A DNA stretch of 64,000 nucleotides from Lama guanicoe (lineage: Eukaryota): NCBI GenBank assembly GCA_013239625.1, contig MU054338.1:1242001-1306000 (forward strand). Direction: 5' to 3'. Under the pieces are notes generated by a model that was given only the letters and a program-made list of their open reading frames with translations, searched no databases and was not told the origin of the DNA. Below are positions 22,115-34,527 of the stretch, piece by piece; the first letter of the stretch is position 1; the number at the start of each line of letters is the position of its first letter. The translations under genes were made by a program, and so were the position numbers.

Positions 22115-22284
22115 AGAGCTTCCAGACTTAGCAGATAAAAATATAGGGCTCCCAGTTAAATTTGAATTTCAGACAAATAATTTTTCAGTGTAATTCCCAT
22201 GCATAAGTATATCCAAAACAATTATTCCTTGTTTATCTGATATTCAAATTTAAATGGGCGTCCTCTGTTTTATCTGGCAACCCT
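22115..22284. mobile_element. MER53-like palindromic MITE
   Basis: Inverted arms cccagttaaatttgaatttcaga / tctgatattcaaatttaaatggg; terminal tctggcaaccct. Confidence 0.8.
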
Positions 22285-22336
22285 ACCAGAGGGTGATGGT
22301 AAAGACCTTTGCCCCCAACATTAAAAAAGACACCAG

Positions 22337-22440
22337 AGAGAGGGTGTAGCTCAAGGGAATGCTTGCACAAGGTCCTGGGTTCAATCCCAGCACCTCCATT
22401 AATAAATAAATAAATGAACCAAGTTACCTCCCCCCCAATA
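22337..22440 (+). mobile_element. tRNA-derived SINE, internally deleted copy
   Basis: B box ggttcaatccc and the same tail as the 27383 copy. Confidence 0.75.
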
Positions 22441-23599
22441 TTTTTTTTAAAGGACATCAGTTTGGTGTGAGTGTGAGTATATTGGGGTGCATCTGTGCCT
22501 GAGGCTGCATCTGTGTGGGGCAGACTCTGTGCGCAGATGGGAGTGGAGTGGAGGTGTGTGGCCCCGGCACACCCCCACCAGCATGCGCGGACTCCAGAGA
22601 GCAGGAGATGTGCATGCTCGGGGCTGGGCGCCATGCAGCGGTGCTGGGACCACTACAATAGCCTCACAGGCCTGTGCCTTTTGGGGAGGGCTTGGCTTGG
22701 CTTGGCCCCTCCCTCCTCTGCTCAGAGCCAGGTCCCTGAGGTTCAGAGGGGGCACAGGGCTGGTGGGAGAACACTGAGCTGTTGCAGGCAGAGGCTGTCC
22801 CAGCACAGCTCCTGTGTTAGGGTCACGGTGCTGGAATCAGGGTTGGGTCGGCACGTGGGGCGGGGGTGGCTGTGGACATAAAGGGCAGGTGGAGTTAGAA
22901 TCCTGGGCTGGCACCCAGCCTGGCCTGGATCCTGTCTGCATGTTCCCCCCAGGGACAGGAACCACAAGCCCCAGGTCTTATCAAGTCTGAGAGAAGTGAG
23001 GGTCACAGGCAGGATCACCACTAGGCCCCTGCTGGGCTGGGGCCTCTGGCCGTGGGGCCCAGTGGCAGGAACATCTGATGCAAGTGGCTGTAAGTGCCCC
23101 TTCCTACTGGCTGACTCACGGGCCTGCTCCATTCCAGTGGCTCAGCAGTCCTAGGGACGGAGCCAGGCCCGCTGTCCTCTGTGGGGGTGGGGGGAAGGGA
23201 AGCAGGGGCGGGTGTGGCCAGGAGCTCCAAGCTAGCTCGCTGGCCCGGCTGTGGGTGTCTCAGCAGCCCTGAGGCCTGCCTTGCTGTGATGGCAGGCGGA
23301 GGCGGGGTTGTGGGGGGCTGTGTAGCCTCCCTGGGGTCAGTCACTGAAAGTCTCAGAGGGAGCCATGGGGTGGGGGTGGGGCCTGGGCAGTGCTGGCCCA
23401 GCAGCTGTCCAAAGGCCACCACTCTGCCCCAGTGACTGGGGACAGGGAACTTGGCTTATCATTCTTTCTCTCTGCCCCACTGTCCAAGGCAGCAGACACC
23501 AGGTGGCTCTCCCATTGCCAGCTGACCTGCTCCCCAAGAGTGACCCGGCAGCATGTACAACAGCCCTTAGTTTTGACAAGGGTGGGGGCTTTCCCCGGA

Positions 23600-23985
23600 A
23601 ACTGTGGCTGTGAAATCTTACATGGCAGAAGGGACTTTGTGAATAAGATTAAGGGCCGAGAGATGGGGATCCTGGATTTGGGGGGCAGGTGGTATCATCA
23701 CAAATGTCCTTATAAAACAGAGGTGGGAGGTCAGAGTCAGAGAGAGGGGAGATGCTGCGCTCCTGGCGGTGAGGATGGAGGGAGGGGCCGCGAGCCAGGG
23801 ATGCGGCACCTCTAGAAGCTGGGAAAGGCTGATTCTCCCCTAGAGCCTCAGGAGGGACCTGCCCCGCCCAGGCCTGGATTTAGCCCCATGAGACCCAAAT
23901 CAGACTCGACCTCCAGGACTGTCACAGAATAAATTTCTGTTATTTTGAGTCCCTAAATCTGTGGTAATAGGTTACAGCAGCCCTA
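23600..23985 (+). mobile_element. MLT1 (MaLR) LTR relic
   Basis: gggactttg..taagattaagg, tctagaagctgg, gacctccaggactgt..aataaatttctgttatttt. Confidence 0.75.
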
Positions 23986-24049
23986 GGAGGCTCATATAAA
24001 GCCCCGAGGCATCCCAAAGTTCCCATTTAGCAGATGAGCAAAATGAGGG

Positions 24050-24980
24050 AAGTCCAGCCAGGGCAGAAGGAGGCCAATCAATCCTGGTTTCCCAGCCAGG
24101 GCCCCTGACGGCGCTGGGACAGGGGCGATTGGTTCCGGGGGCCGACACGTCTCGCAGCCTGGACTCCTGGGCCCGTTGTCTGCCGAGCTGCTGAAGGCTC
24201 CTGAGGCCGCTGTGGCCAGAGGCGGGGCGGGGTTCCGCCGGACCACGGGGCTGGTCCAGGGACCATGCTCCAGGAATGTCCTCCCCCGGGGTTGGATTTG
24301 CTTGTGCTGCTAAATGCTCGAGCCGATCTGCTGCCAGGCGTGTGACCCGGCGCCTTTGAACCCTCCCCGCCCTCTGCAGCGGGACGCCAGCGGCGCCCAG
24401 CCCGTTCCCACGCCATGACCCCCGCCAGGCATGCGCTCCCCCGGCGCCTCCTCCCCATTCGCGTAGCGGGGCCTCCCGGGGCGCCCCTCGTCGGCTGCCC
24501 TGGGGTGACGGTCGGCGGGGGTCGGTGGCAGGGGGGAGCCGTGGAGGGGAGGGTCCGAGCCAGATGCCCTGGGGATCCGGGCGGCAGCGCTTGCACCCTG
24601 GCTCCGGCGCGGCCCCTCTGCCCCGCGACAGGAACCGGTTGCCTGGGCAATGCGTTTGCGTCACCGAACTTGGCGTAGCGCCTGGGCTCCTAGGACTGGG
24701 AGGCGGGGCCCTGGCTCTGGGCCAATAGAATTCCAGGGGCCAGACGTGAGGGGCGTGGCCGAGGCTTGCTCTCAGGCCAATGGGATTGTTGTCGAGGCCG
24801 CGCGAGGAGGACCATGTCCCTTTTAAAGGGACAGCGCGCATTTCACAGCGTGGGGCTTGGCTCCCTGTTCGGGGAGAAGGGCACACAGAGGGTTAGGGGG
24901 TCCGCGGGCCCGGACCACAGGTCTCCCTGAGTTTCAGTTTTCTCAGGTGCGCATAGCAAATGAGCGGAGGGCGACACATC
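24050..24980. promoter_or_regulatory. Orphan CpG island / enhancer-promoter upstream of MKNK2
   Basis: CpG-dense; CCAAT boxes at ~24074, ~24128 (reverse), 24722 and 24777; GC/KLF boxes; TTTTAAA at 24821. Confidence 0.6.
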
Positions 24981-26029
24981 CAGAGCCCGCAGCTCCCTCG
25001 AAGGGACCCCGTGCATGTGTGCAGTGCTGCGGTTACACCTGAACCCCAGGCAGCACCCTCCCCATCGCCCTCCCATCCCAGGATCACCCACGCCTCGCGG
25101 CTTTGGGGAGAGCCTGTCCGCCAGAAGAGCATAGAGCATACCGCAGCTGGGGGTCTGCATCTGTCCTCCAGCCTGATCCCCTGCACCCACCCATCCTCCC
25201 CAGGGGCCAGGAAACGTCCCTTACAAGGACCTTTCCTCCATCTGTAGGTCCGGGAGGTTGTGTCCGCTGTCCTCGGGTCTTGATGCCCTGGCACTATCCC
25301 CACTGGCCCTCTGTTCCCACAGTGGAAAGCAAAGGAGTTTGGTGGTGAGGGTCTGTTTCCTGTGGATTCTGGGGGGCAATGGCCTCTCTGGATGGGCCCT
25401 CCTCTCCACTGTCAGATGGTCCGGGTCAATATAACACAGATCAGGGGTAAGATGTGACATCGGCCCAGAGACCTGGGCAAGAGAGGGACAGTTAGCTGGT
25501 CAGAGCCCCTGGTCCATGGCAGGCTTTGGGATGTGGCCCCAGCTTCCCTCTAGTGGTCCCTTTTCCTGTACTTCCATCACCCCCCCACCCCAGTGCCCTT
25601 GGACACCACTAACCTGGGCTGTCCTGCTTTGGTCTTTGTCCCCTGGTGATGTAAGACATTAGCTTTAGGGAAAATTGGACTGGGGGCATCCAGGAACTTG
25701 CAGTACAACTTTTGCAACTTTTCTGTAGGTCTGAAACTGACCCATTAAAGATGACCTGTCGGTACAAGCTTGGCGTTCTGAGGTGTGGAGCAGGACATGT
25801 CTCTGAGGTTCCTAAGCCTCCAGCTTTTCTGCAAGCAGTCTTTCCTGCCTCCAGGCAGGCTATGCTCAGGGAAGTCTGGCTTTGGTCTGGGGGGCCAAGG
25901 CCACCTCCCAATTTGCTGTCCATGGTCTCCACACTCTCCCGGGGGCCCCAGACAGGGGGAAGTTTGTCCCACGTGTCCAGGATTCTTTGGGGGTTTATGG
26001 GGGTACCCGTGGGGTGGGCTGTCTCCTAG

Positions 26030-26290
26030 GGGCCAGCATGCTGCGCTGTGGGCGGTGAGGGTGGAGGAAGGGGCTGCGAGCCAGGGATGCGGCACCTCTA
26101 GAAGCTGGAAAAGGCAGGACCCGATTCTCCCCTGGAGACTCCGGAGGGACCCGCCCTGCCCACGCCTGGATCTTAGCCCTGTGGACCCATGTGGAACTCC
26201 TGACCTCCAGGACTGTGAGATGATAGATGTGCGTGGTTTTAAGCCACCAAGTTTTGGTGATTCATCACAGCCACTGCGGGAAACCAACAT
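26030..26290 (+). mobile_element. MLT1 LTR relic (3' part)
   Basis: Same core as the 23600 copy, ending ttttaagccaccaagttttggtgattcatcacagc. Confidence 0.75.
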
Positions 26291-27382
26291 GCCCTCACCC
26301 AGGCAGATGTGAAGGGCTGAGTGCAGAGCTGTCTGATGCTGCTGTGACAGACTGGCATGGCTTCTGGGTGGGTTCTGGGGCCTAGAATGACGGACGAGTA
26401 CTCTTGCTTGACAGAGGGTGGGATGGGTCCCCCTGCTCTGGTCCTTTCCTGGGGAGCTCACTATGGCCCCCGAACAGAGCCGGAGGAACGGGCAGGGAGA
26501 ACTGCTCGCGCAAAGCAAGGACATGGGTGGGACGGTGGTGGAAGGATAGTGGCCCAGTAAGTGTGGGGCATCCCGAGGCCGCCTCCCTGTGTCAGGACAC
26601 ACCGTGTACCTTGCTCTTTGAGGTCAGGACCAGGGCCCTGTGCCTGGCCAGAGGGAGGTGTTTCCAGCAACTTGGTAAGTTAAGGCTGGGTGTCCTGCGC
26701 AGCGGGGGATGGGGAGGGGTGGCCACCAGACTCCAGCTCCACTGTTCAGTGAAGGGCTGGGAGGGCCAAGTGTCCCCAGGGAGATTCAGGTCCACCCTCA
26801 GCGTCTGCTGGATCCTTGGGCCGAGCAGTGGAGGGACTTGATGGCCTGGCGGCTGTGGGGACTGGCCTCCCCCCAGTCTCTTTGCCCGGTGGCCTTCCTG
26901 GGAGAATTCCTGTCCAAGGACGCAAGGCCCGCGGTAGGGCGGGGTGGAGCGCAGCCGCGGGTTACGGGGAAAGTCCAGAATAGGCAAATCCAGAGAGACA
27001 GAAAGCGGGCAGTGGGGGCGTGACTGCACAGGGCTTCTTTTAGAGGCATGAGAATATTCTGGACTGAGGCGGAGGTGACAGCTGGACGACCTGTGAGTGG
27101 ACCGAAAGCCCTGAACCGTCAGCGGTCAGACTCTGGCGCGGGTCGGGGATGACTTGGGGGGGGGGTGCTTTCCTGCTGGCCGCTAGACCGTGTGAGGACA
27201 GCGCCAGGTGGACCCTGCTGTCCTGTGAACCCCAGGTGCAAACATCCGAACGCTCTGCGTTTCCTGGGAGGGTCTGAGCAGGCCTGTGAGCATTCCGCCA
27301 CAGGAGATCAGCAGCCGGGCGCGGGGGACCCCACGTCTGAAGAACATCCAGGATGGAAACAGGCACTTAAGGAAACGTCTCT

Positions 27383-27506
27383 GGGGGGAGGGTGTAGCTC
27401 AGTGGTGGAGCACGTGCTTAGCGTGCACGGAGTCCTGGGTTCAATCCCCAGTGCCCCCGTTAAATAAATACACAAATAAACCTAATTACCTGCCCCCCAA
27501 ATAAAA
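27383..27506 (+). mobile_element. tRNA-derived SINE (camelid vic-1-like)
   Basis: ggggagggtgtagctcagtggtggagcacgtgcttagc..gtcctgggttcaatccccagt (A and B boxes) plus an A-rich tail. Confidence 0.85.
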
Positions 27507-28799
27507 GACCTGCTGTCACTTGTAAGAAATTTCAGGAGGAACTGTGCTGAGAACGCAGCTCAGAGGCGGTTCTGGTGAGGGTGTGAGGGGTCGGCCAGGG
27601 TGCCCAGATTCTCCTCGATGGTGGAGCAGAAGGGCACCACCCTCCTGTGCCCAGACCCTCCGCACCCGCGGGGGTTCTGCCCTCAGGGGACACGGGGTCA
27701 TGTCTGGGGGGCTTCTGGCATCCAGTAGGTGGGGCCAGGGATGCTGCGTCACCCCCAGCAGTGCCCCCCCAGAGGATGACCGGCCCCCTTTGTCAGCAGG
27801 TTTTTTGTTGGGTTTGTCTGACCCTGCAGCATGGACTCTTCCCTTAAAATCTGGGCTCTTCTTGTAAGTCAACCTTACTTCAGTTAAAAAAAAACAAAAC
27901 AAAAAAACCTGGGCTCTTCTCCCCGGGCAGAGGTACTCGTTCAGGAGGCTTAGTCTGTTTCCGACGGCTGAGGGCTATTTAACCTTTGGCTATTAACTTC
28001 TAGTTTTGCTGCTGTCGCCTAAGTCCTGACAGCTGATCTTCTTTTTTGTTTTCTTTTTCATAAGGTGAGGGCCTGACTTACTGACTTCAAAGAGGGCATC
28101 ACGGACCAACAGCTTGCTGGCTCCTGGCAACGTAAGGATCCGGGCTGTCTCCACACAGAGGCTGCCTGGTGTTACAGGTCTTGGCTGGTTTCAGTAACTG
28201 ACCAATTTGTACTGCTTGTGTTTTCCCTTCCCACCCTTTAAAGTTCTGCTGTCTGTTTTCAATTCACCAATAGAGTGAGCCCGTGAAACAAATGGGGGCC
28301 CCCGCCCTCAGGCCCGTGAGCTCCTGCCCCTGCAGGGCCCTGCAAGCGGGCCCAGGAGTGCCCCGTGAGTCCGGGTCCCGGGACAGGCACGCTGTCTTTT
28401 AAGGGCCCTGCTGGTTATGGCTGCAGGTTGTCCTGCAGTCACAGTGAGCAGCACAGGGCCGGTCCTGCCGCAACTGACTTGCTGTTGGGAGGCTGCGACC
28501 GGCACGCAACTGCCTTCGGATTAGAGGCGATGGCCTGTGCTGTTTTGGGTGTTGTTTTCTGTTTTTTTTTTTTTGAAATTTGACATTTTTCATGTAGTTG
28601 AATATACCATCGGTTAAATAAGGAAATCAATGTTCACAAATGCTTTTCTGGTAGTCTGGCCAAAACTGAGGCTCTCTGGTTGTTGAGTGAGAAATTCAAA
28701 AAAAATGGCCAGTAAATAACTTTTAATGGATTGCATATATAACATATTATTTTACTTTTAATTATATTAAATTAATATGTATATTTTTAAACATTCTAT

Positions 28800-28877
28800 T
28801 TCTTTTTAAAAAATATTTAATGGAGGTACTGGGGATTGAACCCAGGACCTCGTGCATGCTAAGCTACACCCTCCCCC
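28800..28877 (-). mobile_element. tRNA-derived SINE
   Basis: ggaggtactggggattgaacccaggacctcgtgcatgctaagc. Confidence 0.8.
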
Positions 28878-30454
28878 TAAATTCATATATTAATTTTGTA
28901 AGTGAATTATATGATATAAAATAATCTTAATAAAAGTATCCATCATTTTATAATTAATATATAAATAAACATATATTAATGTATCAGTATATTAATGTAT
29001 TTTCTTAGCTGGCAAGAGAAGTAACTTTAAATGTTTATTAAATCATTTCAATATGTTTTCTGAAATTTATATTTCATTTAATGTATTTCCACACATCAAG
29101 TTTTCTAATATATGTTCCCTATAGATAATAGATGTCCCCTATAAATTAACCAAGAAAACTTGATCAAAATAAGTACACTCTTTCCCATGTGTGTTATCGC
29201 AATGCCTGCTTTCTCATGACTGGATTGCCTGATCCCCTCTGAACCATGCTGTGCCTTTTTTAAAAAGCGCTTTATTGGGACAGAAGTCACATGCCATGAG
29301 ATTCTCCCATTGAAAGTGCAGGGCTCAGGGGGTTAGTAGCTGCGGAGTTCGGCCAGCACCACCCCTGTCTAAGTGTGTGTGGAGGGAAGACGGTGTCAGG
29401 GCAGTGGTTCTACTCCTCTGCGAAGTCCTCAGATTTTACCAGGACAAGGGAATCAACCTCCATGTCAGGAACTGGACAACTTTTCCTCTGGAGGCCCGAG
29501 AGTGGCTGTTTTCAGCTTCTCTGTCCCGCTGGCTCTGCTTCACCTTGGGCTGCAGATGGTCTGTACCTGGGCCGGCAGAGCTGGGTGCCAGTAAAACTTT
29601 TTCATAAAACCAGGGAGGGACTCCATTTAGCCAAGCCCTACCCATGACTGCTGCCTTGGTTTTCTGTGAGCTAATCTTGTGTGATGCTTTAAAATATTCA
29701 CCCCATAAAAATGCAAATAAATAAACCATATTACCTCCCCCTCCTCCCAAAAAAGAATTAAAAATTAAAAAAAAAATTTAAAATGTCCATCCCTGCTGTT
29801 TTCTGTATGTTCCACCTTCCGCAGCGGCTGCTTTCCCCGCCTTTGTCCCGCCAGTTAATCTAAAAGGATGCATATTAGCTTACATTTCACCAGCAGTTAA
29901 CTACGTATGTATATTCACTTCGTGAGCTTAGTTTTGCCAGTTATCATCATCTGTGGACTAGCAGCTACTGATTCTGGCCATACAAGATGACTACATGCAA
30001 TTAACGTCACCTGCAAATGTGGTGCTCAATTGAGAAACGGCAGGAGAATCAACCTCAAATTCACAAAAGCAGCCAGTTATGAAATCAGTTCCAAACTCAA
30101 GAGGGCACTTAAAGTAACTCTGAAGTTCGTCTGCAATTATACTCGGGATAGTCAGGAATATATATATATACTTTAAGATAAGAAACTCATATTGCCAGAT
30201 GCTGAAATCACTCTAACTTCAGAAGGTACATTAAAACTGGAGGCTGGGATAGGCAAACTCCCAGAAAAGCCAGAAACAGACCCCTGTGTAAATCAGCAGC
30301 ATTTCCGATCTGTGCAGAGGGGTCATATGGCTGGAGGAGGTGATTCACTGATTATTTAAAAAAGGCAAATTTCTGTAGAGCCTTACCTCACACCACACGT
30401 GGAAATTGAACTCTCTAGTTTATCTGGTGTTTAACATTGGAAAAAAAGGAAAAA

Positions 30455-30548
30455 GGGGGTGTAGAGGTGTAGCTCAGTGGTAGAGTGTCTGCTTAGCTTG
30501 CACGAGGTCCTGGGTTCAATCTCCAGCATCTCCATTTAAAAAGAAAAT
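30455..30548 (+). mobile_element. tRNA-derived SINE
   Basis: gtgtagctcagtggtagagtgtctgcttagc..ggttcaatctccagc. Confidence 0.8.
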
Positions 30549-31003
30549 GGAGAATCTGAAGAAACCAGAGGTTTTCATATTTACATAAAGGCCTTCCCCA
30601 GCCCAAGTTTCTAAGCTCATCAGCAGGGGTAGAAAGACTGACCAAAAATATGAAAGTTCAAGAGTAAGGGAAAAGTATGCCAAAATGATCGTAAACCAAG
30701 TTAAAGGCAAACGAGAAACCAGGAGAAGTTTGTGTAACACACATGACAGATTACATACAGGCAAGCTTTTATAGATAAGTATGTGAAAAACATTTACAAG
30801 CTGATATGTAAAGGTGTTTGTAAGCCAGTAAGGAAAGGACCACTTCCCAGGGGACAAGTGGACAAAGCATAGGAGCTGGTAATTTAACTAACTGGTCAAC
30901 AGTGACTTACTTGTAACAAGGATGGTCCCGTCAGGCTGAGAAAGGACTCAAGGCCCAACACCCAGGGCTGAGAGGAAGATGGAAACTAGGAAACAGGCTT
31001 CTT

Positions 31004-31125
31004 CTTTTTGGTGTGGGGAAGTAATCAGGTTTACTTATTTAGTTTTGGAGGAGGTACTGGGGATTGAACCCAGGACCTTCTGTATGCTACGCATGTGCTC
31101 TACCGCCGAGCTGCACCGTCCCCCC
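31004..31125 (-). mobile_element. tRNA-derived SINE
   Basis: Reverse complement of a full SINE with tail. Confidence 0.8.
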
Positions 31126-31971
31126 AGGAGACGTGCTGATGCAAGTGTAAGTTGGTTTGCCCTTTCTGCAGGGCAACACACAGCGCATCAGAAGCCCCCT
31201 GCAATGCGATTTCCCTCCGACACCAGTCTTGGCAGTCACCTGCGTCAGTACTTAAGGATGTGTATGAATGCTCAGCTGGAGGGACGCGTATCGTAGCTGT
31301 GAAACAGTGAACAACCGGGCGAACCGGGCGGGGCTTCGCTACGTTAGGGGACACCCCTCGAAGCATGAGCTCAGCAGAGACACAGGCGTATCTGAGGTTC
31401 TCAAACCCTCCCTCTGTGCCCCCAGGGCCAGCTCCCCGCCTCTGCGTTGGGTGGTCAAGGCGGGACCAGCTATCAGACGCTGGAGTGGAGAGCATGGGTC
31501 TAGGACCATGCCTGCTCCAGGCCGGAAGCCTCTAGCGCAGACGGCTCGGATCTTCTCAGATGGTCCTGCTGGTGGTTGTCGACTTACTGGAAGAACATCT
31601 CTTACGGGCCCCCCGGAGGCTGCCTCCAGGCTGTCCTGCCCTTCTTTGTCAGGCCTATTGGGATGAGGCAAGTCCGCGGTCATTCCTGAGTGGCAGCCCC
31701 TCCCGTGTTGGCCAGGACCAGCGGGTTTTGTCCGAGCAACCTAGCTGCTTCCTTCTACCACCCGGCCAGCCTTCCAGACGCCAGCTCCTGCCCCCATTAC
31801 CTCTTCTGGTTGGACACATTTTGGGATGCACCATCCTGTAAGGATGAGCGAGTCTCAGGCCCATGGAGGGAGGAGTTGCTCAGAAGTCGGCCTGCCTAAT
31901 TCTTGCATTCCAGGCAGCCCAAGTCAGCGGGTCGCAGGCATTCTGCGTACAAAACATTTCCTTCTGAAGAG

Positions 31972-32420
31972 TGTATGAGTTTCCTGTGGCTGCTGTAGTA
32001 AGTCACCACAAACGCTGTGACTTAAATAATACACATTTATTCCCTTAAAGTTCTGGAGCTCACAAGTCCAAAATGGGTTTCACGGAGCTCAATTCAGGTG
32101 TGGGCGGGGCTGGTCCCTCCGGAAGCTCCAGGGAGGAGCGGCCCCTGCCTCTTCCAGCTTCTAGAGGCGCCGCATCCCTGGCTCGCGGCCCCTCCCTCCA
32201 TCCTCACCGCCAGCAGCGCAGCATCCCCCGTCTCTGACTGACCTCCCGCCTCCCTCTGATGAGGACCCTGTGATGGCACAGGGTCCCCCTGGGGAATCCA
32301 GGGTCATCCCCATCCCGGGGCCTTAACCCCACCTGCAGAGTCCCCTCTACCTGGTGAGGTGACATGTCCTCAGGTCCTGGGATCAGGATGTGAACGTCTT
32401 CAGGGGCTGTTGTTCCAAAT
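31972..32420 (-). mobile_element. MLT1 LTR relic
   Basis: Reverse complement of the same core; typical end tgtatgagtttcctgtggctgctgta. Confidence 0.75.
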
Positions 32421-33209
32421 AACAGTAACAGCTCCTCAGATTTTAAACTGGTCCTGGAAATCTTTGTGGTGCACTTGCAAAATCAAAGGGTAAGGAAACT
32501 GGCTTCTTTGGAAGGTATTTCCAAGTAACAGAGAATTCATGCTGGAGATACTCTCCCTCCGACGGGGATGGCGCGCCCTCTAGGGGCAGGAAGCCACACG
32601 CTGGGCTGGAGGCCACCCACCAGGCACAGGCCCCAACCAGCCTTGCAAAGGACCTTCCGTCTACAGCCGACCTCCTGCTCTGCCGTTAAGTTTTCTGTTT
32701 GAAAGGGGCCCCTGAGAGTGACTGATCCCATCTCTCACACGTAAGAAAAAGTTCTGAGGTGAAGTCATCACAGACCAAGGTCGCAGGCCAGCGAGGACAG
32801 GGCTGAGACAGAAGCCACCCCTGTCTGTTCCCTCTCATTCTGTTCTGCACACGGTTCAGTTTCCTGGAAACTTTTTTTTTTATGTAACAGAGGCAGACAG
32901 AATCACACGTGTTCAGTGCTGAAGGCAAGACAAGACACAGCTGGAGCGCGGAGGGAGGTGGGTGCCTCTCCACCTGCTCTCCACTCGCCTGTCTTCGCCG
33001 TCCCGCCCTGCACTCCAGGAAATTCTCGCCCCACCCACACTGCACGCACGGTTATCTACTGGGCGGGCCACCAGCCATGGTGACATCTAAGATTTCCTCG
33101 CCCCTGGGGACGATGGCACCCTGGTGACAGTGGTGACATGTCCCAATGCCAGGCCCTCCCGCCAGAAATACAGAAATAAGCAGCAACTGCAGGTCAGGAG
33201 ACAGTACAG

Positions 33210-33215
33210 TTTATT
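33210..33215 (-). terminator. MOB3A: Probable MOB3A polyadenylation signal AATAAA
   Basis: tttatt ~1.3 kb after the stop, followed by a U-rich downstream element on the minus strand. Confidence 0.6.
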
Positions 33216-34527
33216 CTGCTGATCGTGTGGGAGCACACTGGGGTGAGGGGGGGGCAGGGGACCCTCTGTCCTCCTGTCCCTCCTCCTTCCCCCACCTGGC
33301 CGGTGACCTGGAGGGCACAGTGGTTATGGCACTTGGTCATAGTTCTGCATTTAAAAGGAGCTACATTCGATCAGCCGATCAGCTGGCTTCCTGAAGTCCT
33401 TCAGGGCCGCCTCCGAGGCCTCTGAGAGCCGGACTCCAGCGGCTTCTGAAGGGACAGAGGCCCGGGTCGCGTTAATTGCACTTGATCTGTGCTGGTGTTG
33501 GGTGGTGGTGGTGACCCCCTCAATGCGAGCATCCCAGACACCCGGGGGTACTCAGAGTCTGTGTGGCCTGAGGCAGAGGCCGCCCAGGATGCCTTTGGCA
33601 GGGCTGGGGTGGGGGCTGGGCGTGGCTTCTGTGGCCACCACAGTGCGGTCCCACCTCCCAAGGCTCTGCGGGGAGATGGTGTGGGGTTTTGGTCCTGTAG
33701 CCACAGGGGTGCCGCACCCCAGAGGACTTCAACGTGAAGTTGGCGGGCACGTGAAAAGGCCAGTTCTAGCGAAACATTCGGTGAAACTCAAAGGTCCCAA
33801 TCCTGGAGGAGAGGCGTACCATGGAGTCATCCTGTCGTTTGTGACAGAAAGGGGACATTTTTCCAGGGAGGGGCGCTCACTGTTTGTAGGTAAAACACGC
33901 TCCCCTCCCCTGTAACATCTCATGGCAGTGGTAAATGCAGCCAAGGATTCAACCCTTCACGGGACACGAAGGGGCCACAGGGACGTGGGATGCGGGCGTG
34001 GGCTCCAGAAGCCGGCAGACGCGCCGAGCCTCTGGGAGGAAGCGGGGAATGGAAGCGAGCTGGGGAGGCTGCGGGGAGGACGGGACCTGGCCGCTGGGAA
34101 CCGGATTCGGGGCCAGGGCGGGATCACCTATCCCAGCCTCAACGGTCAGGCCCCAGGGCCCCAGACCGAGCGGGCTGCTGAGGAGACAGGCCCCAGGTGG
34201 GCAGCCCGAGGCCCGGCCACAGCTCCAGCCTCGAGGCAGATGCAAGTGGTTTACAAGCGAAGTGGGTTCTCCTGGTCGCTCACAATGCACAGAGTCGCAG
34301 AGTTCAAGTTCAACCTCCCCCGAGGCAGCAGAGGAGGCAGGCTCAGGGAGGCCGGGTGCCACGGCGTGGGGCTCCACGGCTGCTGCCACCTTGGAATCGA
34401 AGCAAGGACACAACCCCAGCAGCAGAGCTCGCTGGATCAGAACACATGGGTCCTGGTTCCGGAGATACAGCCCCAGAGTCGGAGTGTCCCCCAGGTGCGG
34501 CACTGGTGACAGCAGGGCCGCGGGCTC

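Larger units (their letters stand above)
30200..31290 (+). mobile_element. Old L1 ORF2/3' relic with two SINE insertions
   Basis: ccagaaacagaccc, ccttacctcacaccac..aaattgaactc, caagttaaaggcaa; A-rich. Confidence 0.55.

Noticed and set aside
27383..27460. tRNA-Ala-like sequences (also 30455, 35579, 31004, 28800, 22337)
   Set aside because: Degenerate stems, shared non-tRNA tail and multiple copies indicate SINEs, not tRNA genes.
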